A stretch of 64,000 bases of DNA from a virus. Below the pieces are notes generated by a model. It was not told the origin of the DNA and did not search any database. It saw only the letters and a list, made by a program, of their open reading frames with translations. Made by a program: the position numbers and the translations under genes. Each line of letters opens with the position of its first letter. Position 1 is the stretch's first letter. Of the stretch, positions 58,888 through 64,000 are shown in pieces. The stretch covers positions 1 to 64,000 of IMG/VR virus record IMGVR_UViG_3300032265_003789; one strand, 5' to 3'.

Positions 58888-60307
58888 TCAGGTAATTTGC
58901 GGACATGGCTCTATTGTGATAGTAACTGGATGGACGCCAGCGGCAATAATAGCCAAGCAACTTGACCCGGACTATTACGCTGCTATTGGTAATTTGTATA
59001 GCCCTACTCGCGGTCTATCTCCACTATTGCGCAATATCTTAGCCAATCCGTATATCAACTGCATCACAGGCTTGAAATGCACCAAAGAAGACGATAATGC
59101 TGGCGGTGTTCAAGCTTTGAATGATTTTTTTGTTAAGGGTTTTGAGGAAGGATTTAGCGATCTTGGCAAGCCAGTATGGGTAGTAAATTCACAAATTCGG
59201 GCTTATATTGATATTGAAATCCCCGGAGAAGCTTTAGAAGATATCAGGCGAAATGTCCGTTGGGTACTTAATTACACTGTGGCAGATTGTGTTAGATTTG
59301 TATTTCTTAAAATATTTCAGGCTAAATCTCACTGGGCTTATCCTAGAGCGTATCCCGAGCCTGAGTTTGTTCCTAGTAAAGCTTTGCCAGCTTCTCCCTT
59401 TGCTCACAGGGTTGAGGCAAAAACCATAGCCAAAGCTTGGGTGAAAATTCTACACAGAATAACAACCTCTGGCATAATCAGGCAGAGTAGTTATGGGCTC
59501 TGGCAAGAGCTAATAGATTTGGTTGTAGTGATTACAGATGAGCCAGATGTTTTGGAGTTTACTAATTACTTGCCAATCACTCGAATGTTTTTCAAAAACT
59601 ACTTAGCTGAATTTTCAGACCCTGCCAATCTTGGGGATGTTAGCTATACCTACGGGCAAAGGATCCGCTCACATTTTGGCGTGGATCAGGTTGAGCAGGT
59701 GATTGAAAAATTAAACGCTGACGCCAAAAGTGGAGGAGATTTCAATTGCTCTAATGCTGTGATTTCCCTGTGGGATCCAAGCGTAGATGGCAAGCAAACC
59801 AAGAATACGCCTTGCTTAAATCACCTTTGGTTTAGAGTTGTCCAAGGCAGGTTAACTCTTATTGCCACATTTAGGAGCAATGATATGTACAGCGCTTGGG
59901 TAGCCAATACAATGGCGCTTAGATGCCTTCAGATTGAGGTAGCTAAAAGGCTTGATATATTGGCAGGTGAGCTAATCACAATTAGCCAGAGCGCACATAT
60001 TTATCAAGATGATTGGCACGATGCCCAAGCGATTGTAAAGCGGCAATACAGGAAATTATGCAAACCCAATTTTGCAGATCCCGTAGGCAGTTTTATTATT
60101 GAGCCTAATGTGCGGGAAATTGTTGTCCATCAAACCACTGCCGGCAATGGCGAACTTGTCAATACCTACCGAGGTAAATCACCACTGACGCTTGTTCGGG
60201 AGATAGCAGCAGATAACCCCACAATTGCTCCAGAACACTTAGGGTATCTAGGCATCGAGCTAGAAAAAGCTTATAGATTAGGCTACAAGTACAAACAGGA
60301 TAAATAA
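58808..60307 (+). CDS. thyA: Thymidylate synthase, cyanobacterial multidomain type (start uncertain)
   Basis: YTYGQRIR, PCLNH, FRSNDM..AW.AN, SQSAHIY; extra N-terminal (TGWTP..AIGNLYS) and C-terminal (DP.G.F, HLGYLG.EL) domains. Confidence 0.85.
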   Translation: MTPDLTNVADLDQQIVNQTYRPLYQANQVICGHGSIVIVTGWTPAAIIAKQLDPDYYAAIGNLYSPTRGLSPLLRNILANPYINCITGLKCTKEDDNAGGVQALNDFFVKGFEEGFSDLGKPVWVVNSQIRAYIDIEIPGEALEDIRRNVRWVLNYTVADCVRFVFLKIFQAKSHWAYPRAYPEPEFVPSKALPASPFAHRVEAKTIAKAWVKILHRITTSGIIRQSSYGLWQELIDLVVVITDEPDVLEFTNYLPITRMFFKNYLAEFSDPANLGDVSYTYGQRIRSHFGVDQVEQVIEKLNADAKSGGDFNCSNAVISLWDPSVDGKQTKNTPCLNHLWFRVVQGRLTLIATFRSNDMYSAWVANTMALRCLQIEVAKRLDILAGELITISQSAHIYQDDWHDAQAIVKRQYRKLCKPNFADPVGSFIIEPNVREIVVHQTTAGNGELVNTYRGKSPLTLVREIAADNPTIAPEHLGYLGIELEKAYRLGYKYKQDK

Positions 60308-60315
60308 AGGAACAT

Positions 60316-60705
60316 ATGTTAAACGAAAAATATATAACAATAATTATTAAAACTAATTTAAATTATGAAGATATTGAATTAAAACAAAGTCAATTTATAA
60401 AAAATTTAAGTTATATTATTGGCAGCGTTGATATTAATAAGCTTACCGCTTGTAATCATAAAAACTGCATATCTTGGGTATTTACTATACCTTTAACTGC
60501 TGCAATGAGACTTTTTCAATCTGAACATCTTAAAAACTTTGGGAAAAAACCAGAGTCTAGGACAGTTCATGTTATGAATTTTTTTATAGATAATTTTAAA
60601 ATAAATTTTATTAATTGTGCTAGGCATCCTAAAGAAGTTTTCTTAACAACTGAAAGTGTAATTGAATATTTTACAAAATTAAAAATTAAATTATCTGACA
60701 TCTAG
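60316..60705 (+). CDS. Hypothetical, very AT-rich
   Basis: AAGGA RBS, 129 aa. Confidence 0.5.
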   Translation: MLNEKYITIIIKTNLNYEDIELKQSQFIKNLSYIIGSVDINKLTACNHKNCISWVFTIPLTAAMRLFQSEHLKNFGKKPESRTVHVMNFFIDNFKINFINCARHPKEVFLTTESVIEYFTKLKIKLSDI

Positions 60706-60879
60706 TCCACGCTTAAATCGCAATCTGCGAAGTAAATCGCCTTTAAAAGCTTGAGGCTCAGATTCTACTAAGCGATAAAACATAATCTTGTTATCATCTG
60801 GTTCAAATTGTAAAATTAAATTAATAACTTCTAATACTTCCGTCCAGATAACAATTTTTATATCCTTTAGGCTATTCAA
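60691..60879 (-). CDS. Small hypothetical protein
   Basis: Coupled to the upstream nuclease gene. Confidence 0.45.
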   Translation of the reverse strand: MNSLKDIKIVIWTEVLEVINLILQFEPDDNKIMFYRLVESEPQAFKGDLLRRLRFKRGLDVR

Positions 60880-61516
60880 AGCTTACCTGAGCCTCGGGTA
60901 TTAGCTTGCTTTTCTTATCACAAAACGAAGCCACTGCGCAATATTTGCACTCTTGGCAAGAAGGGCTAGCTGGAGGCAATTCGGACTGCGTCGCAGTTTT
61001 TAGCAGCCTAGTAACAAAACCTTTCCAGTCGGTAGAAATAGAATCTGGATAGACCTCAAAACTATGGTCAGGATAGACTACTAGTCCGCTTGGTATAGTT
61101 TTAATTCCGTGAAGCGCCACAGTAGGAATTGTGCACATATACAATTGCACTTGTGCTATATCCTTGGCTCTGGGTTTACCAGTTTTTATATCTAGCACCA
61201 AATATTTGTCAAACATTTTGGCTACAATATCTGGTTTGCAGGCAAGAATGACCCCAGCTTCAGTGTTGACTCTGTACTCGTTTTCATGCTCCCTAAAAAC
61301 GTCGTAGCCTTGCTCTGTAAGTTCACGCGCGCTCTGGTCAAGCAGAGTATTATGTTTGATTTTGTAAGCTTCCAAATTAAAATCTGATTGACGCTTGGGG
61401 AGGAAATAGTTTGATTTTAGGTGCATTGCCAACTGGCATTGATTATCTCCAGCTAGATATCCGCTAATCCAACTGGGGTGAATAAAAGGATATTGACGTT
61501 TAGGTATATTTTGCAT
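60872..61516 (-). CDS. Cas4-like PD-(D/E)xK exonuclease
   Basis: N-terminal Cys, KPDIV, LDIKTG, Q..LY, C-terminal C..C.....C (Fe-S staple pattern). Confidence 0.8.
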   Translation of the reverse strand: MQNIPKRQYPFIHPSWISGYLAGDNQCQLAMHLKSNYFLPKRQSDFNLEAYKIKHNTLLDQSARELTEQGYDVFREHENEYRVNTEAGVILACKPDIVAKMFDKYLVLDIKTGKPRAKDIAQVQLYMCTIPTVALHGIKTIPSGLVVYPDHSFEVYPDSISTDWKGFVTRLLKTATQSELPPASPSCQECKYCAVASFCDKKSKLIPEAQVSFE

Positions 61517-61732
61517 CTACAGCTTATCTAAAGCCTCCAGCCATTTTTCTATATTTATCTGAAGCTTTTTATCACTGATTTGTCGCCAATGCTCACCGCG
61601 CTTGAAGGGGCTTTGTCCTGGAAAGTTTTTGGCTTTACGAATTTGCAAGTAGAATAGATGCTGCTTGATCCCTGATAATTGCGCAGCAGTCGCCACGTCG
61701 ACCCACTGTACTTGTATTGTAAAACTTTTCAT
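61517..61732 (-). CDS. Excisionase-like HTH protein
   Basis: WVDVATAAQLSG...FKRGEHWR...QINIEKW; divergent from integrase. Confidence 0.7.
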   Translation of the reverse strand: MKSFTIQVQWVDVATAAQLSGIKQHLFYLQIRKAKNFPGQSPFKRGEHWRQISDKKLQINIEKWLEALDKL

Positions 61733-61789
61733 TTATTGGTGTATTTAATTGATATCCTAAAAAATATCACAATCAAAAAACCGCAAAAA

Positions 61790-62899
61790 ATGGACAAAAA
61801 GCTGACAGAGGAATTGACAAAAATTAACCTGCGATTAAGCAAAATCAAATTAAGAATTAAAAATAATCGAGTATATCTGAGGGGCACTTTACCGCCTAAA
61901 CCCAATGAGGGAGTATTACCTCGACAATATGAGCTAAGCACTGGTTTAGCTGCCAACCCACAGGGATTAAAAATAGCTCTAGCTAGAGCTCAAGAGATTG
62001 AATCAAGATTAGTGCTCAATCAATTTAGCTGGGGTGATTACCTGCAAAACGGCATCCTAGGCACTAAGCCGGCGTCACAGTGGATTGCAGAATTTGAAGA
62101 GCATTACTGGCTTACTCACCAGAAAACCACCAAAAGAAAATATGTTTTTGATGTGCATTGGGGCAACGCATTTAGTCGACTTGCTCCAGATGAGCCACTA
62201 AGCGAAAAAGCCATAATTCCAATTATTAGCGCGTATTCGGTAGATAGTCCCCGTCGCGATATGCTGCTAAATTACTATATTCAATTGTTCAAATTTGCTG
62301 GCATAGCAAACACTTTACACCAATTAAAAGTAAGTTGGAAAGTGAAAATCAAACGAGAACTTCCCAGTGATTTAGAACTAATTGATTTTGTCGATTCAGT
62401 CAATCCGGATTACAGGTGGATTTTTGGCACACTTGCAGCCTATGGTTTACGCAGTCATGAGTTAATAGAATTAGATCTTTCCAGAGCGCATATAGAGCCT
62501 TATGTTGTGAAGGTAAGCGACAATACAAAAACTGGCGCTCGGTTAGTTTATCCTGTACCTGGGGATTGGGTAAATCGCTGGAAATTATACGAAAAGCATG
62601 ACCCGATATACAAAACACGATTTATTAACTACGATTACGGCACTAGAATATACAAACTCTTTCTAAGAGAAACAAAACGACTTAAAATAAGGACAATGAG
62701 TCCATATCATTTTAGAGACGCGTATGCAGTGCGTTGCTCTTTATTGGGAGTAGATGCCGCTATTGCCTCAAAGTGGATGGGGCACAGCTTAAAAATTCAC
62801 TGGGAATCCTATTTAAAATTCTTTGATGAAAATCATCATAATCAAGCTTGGATGGAGATGAACAAAAATATTAAATCAAAATCTAAAAAGGGGCTTTAA
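61790..62899 (+). CDS. int: Tyrosine integrase, cyanobacterial type
   Basis: YLRGTLPPKP arm-binding domain; YGLRSHE, KTG, YHFR, WMGHS, catalytic Tyr (WESY). Confidence 0.92.
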   Translation: MDKKLTEELTKINLRLSKIKLRIKNNRVYLRGTLPPKPNEGVLPRQYELSTGLAANPQGLKIALARAQEIESRLVLNQFSWGDYLQNGILGTKPASQWIAEFEEHYWLTHQKTTKRKYVFDVHWGNAFSRLAPDEPLSEKAIIPIISAYSVDSPRRDMLLNYYIQLFKFAGIANTLHQLKVSWKVKIKRELPSDLELIDFVDSVNPDYRWIFGTLAAYGLRSHELIELDLSRAHIEPYVVKVSDNTKTGARLVYPVPGDWVNRWKLYEKHDPIYKTRFINYDYGTRIYKLFLRETKRLKIRTMSPYHFRDAYAVRCSLLGVDAAIASKWMGHSLKIHWESYLKFFDENHHNQAWMEMNKNIKSKSKKGL

Positions 62900-62957
62900 T
62901 ACCAGCCCCAACATCAATCAAAACAACCAAACAAATTTACTATAACACGAGTAAACT

Positions 62958-63227
62958 TATTGATTTTTTGATTGATTCCACAGCAAGTTGATTGATTTTG
63001 AAAAAAATAGAGTTAGGGGAGGTTTAGGGAAGATAATTTTAAAAGCGTTGATTTGTAAGGGTTTGATGTGGTTGTCTTAATTTACTCACAATTCATCAAC
63101 AAAACATCTTCAACCTTCCCTAATCCGTTGAAACCTAGCTGGAAAGCTTATTTTGGTATTGACACAATTTTGTCTAATGCTCAAAATATCAATCCATTTA
63201 ATTTAGTTTAGGGAAGTTTTAGGGAAA
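62958..63227. other. Probable attP
   Basis: Arm-type repeats TTAGGG(G/A)A at 63013, 63024, 63115 (inverted), 63208 and 63219, downstream of int; TTGAT repeats at 62958-63000. Confidence 0.6.
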
Positions 63228-63529
63228 TGTTTGCAATCAAATTAGAACACGTGATCACAGGTGCAACTATCTGGGTTGAAGTAACTCAAGAGGAAGAAAT
63301 GCTCATAGCAATAGAGCGACCTAAACAAGAATATCAAATCATAGAGCATACGTTCCCAGTGATAATTGATGCTCACGAAGATTTTGCAACTTTAGTAGCA
63401 ATTGATAGGGAAGTCGATATTTGGGGTGGCGACGCGTTTCGATCTGCTGCTCTCCTGTGCAATAGGAATCTGGAGGCAACACTAGAGCTATTGGAGTTCA
63501 GGCAAGCTTTGCTAAATAAAGCTTGTTAA
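63227..63529 (+). CDS. Acidic protein, possibly a truncated ArdA-like antirestriction protein
   Basis: W.EV...EE..I.....EYQIIEH.FP.II..HED...L pattern; weak. Confidence 0.35.
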   Translation: MFAIKLEHVITGATIWVEVTQEEEMLIAIERPKQEYQIIEHTFPVIIDAHEDFATLVAIDREVDIWGGDAFRSAALLCNRNLEATLELLEFRQALLNKAC

Positions 63530-63894
63530 CCGCCAATTTCTGGTGGTTGCGAACCTAAAAAGGACTCTAGTAAGCTAGGGTCTTTTTTTATTACTTGATC
63601 GAATTTGTCCAGTTGGGATAACCACTCTCCAAAAAAAGCGATCCTCATCTCCCAAGGAAGCGCAGTTAGGATTTTATCCAATTGGGTAGTCTTAATCTCG
63701 GTAAGCTTGGCTTTCTTGAGCATCGAGATTAGATTGGCGCTTTGTCTGCTGGCATCTGCTATCTGCTTGCCAGAAAAGTAAGTGCAGTGATTCAGCTGAC
63801 TGCCCAAAATAACTGCTGAATTAGGATGCCCACCGTTGTCTTGGAAAAACCCCACTTGCTGACTAAAGTTTTTGACTTCAATTTGATTGAGCAT
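63526..63894 (-). CDS. Hypothetical protein
   Basis: Open frame; start at MLNQIE. Confidence 0.55.
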   Translation of the reverse strand: MLNQIEVKNFSQQVGFFQDNGGHPNSAVILGSQLNHCTYFSGKQIADASRQSANLISMLKKAKLTEIKTTQLDKILTALPWEMRIAFFGEWLSQLDKFDQVIKKDPSLLESFLGSQPPEIGG

Positions 63895-64000
63895 GATTAT
63901 TCTCCTATTTGTTGCCGTAATTACAATTTTAATTACTTTTGTTTGGCTGTGAAACAAATTGTCTCACAGTCCAATTTTGTTTTAGACTAATCTATACATA

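Noticed and set aside
1-64000. tRNA, rRNA, IS transposases, cas1/cas2/cas3, dinG
   Set aside because: None recognised by eye; a tRNAscan/Infernal/HMM run is needed to exclude them.

Overview
The whole window looks like the genome of a temperate, long-tailed (siphovirus-like) phage of a cyanobacterium. The host assignment is inferred from the cyanobacterial-type integrase, TIGR03792-like, ParB-like and thymidylate synthase genes. Recognisable genes include tape measure (5'-partial), portal, head morphogenesis, prohead protease-like, major capsid, tail tube and chaperones, a GTA-like tail tip, terminase, endolysin, beta clamp, dTTP-pathway enzymes, integrase, excisionase and a probable attP. 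Gene order is unusually scrambled. The main result is a type IV-B-like CRISPR effector module (csf1 facing away from cas11-csf2-csf3-cysH) with an adjacent MYXAN-type cas6 and a distant solo Cas4-like nuclease. I found no CRISPR array and no cas1/cas2. Other structure includes a tandem array of terminator-promoter-RBS-ORFan cassettes, a genome-wide family of about 11 related promoters (six with a palindrome), and a 474-bp inverted repeat with nested 107-bp and 12-bp periodicity. There is also a ptuA-like defence ATPase captured between 98-bp direct repeats with a broken ptuB stub, and an ORF carrying a mutated copy of the capsid C-terminus. All protein family calls are from motif recognition, not database searches.
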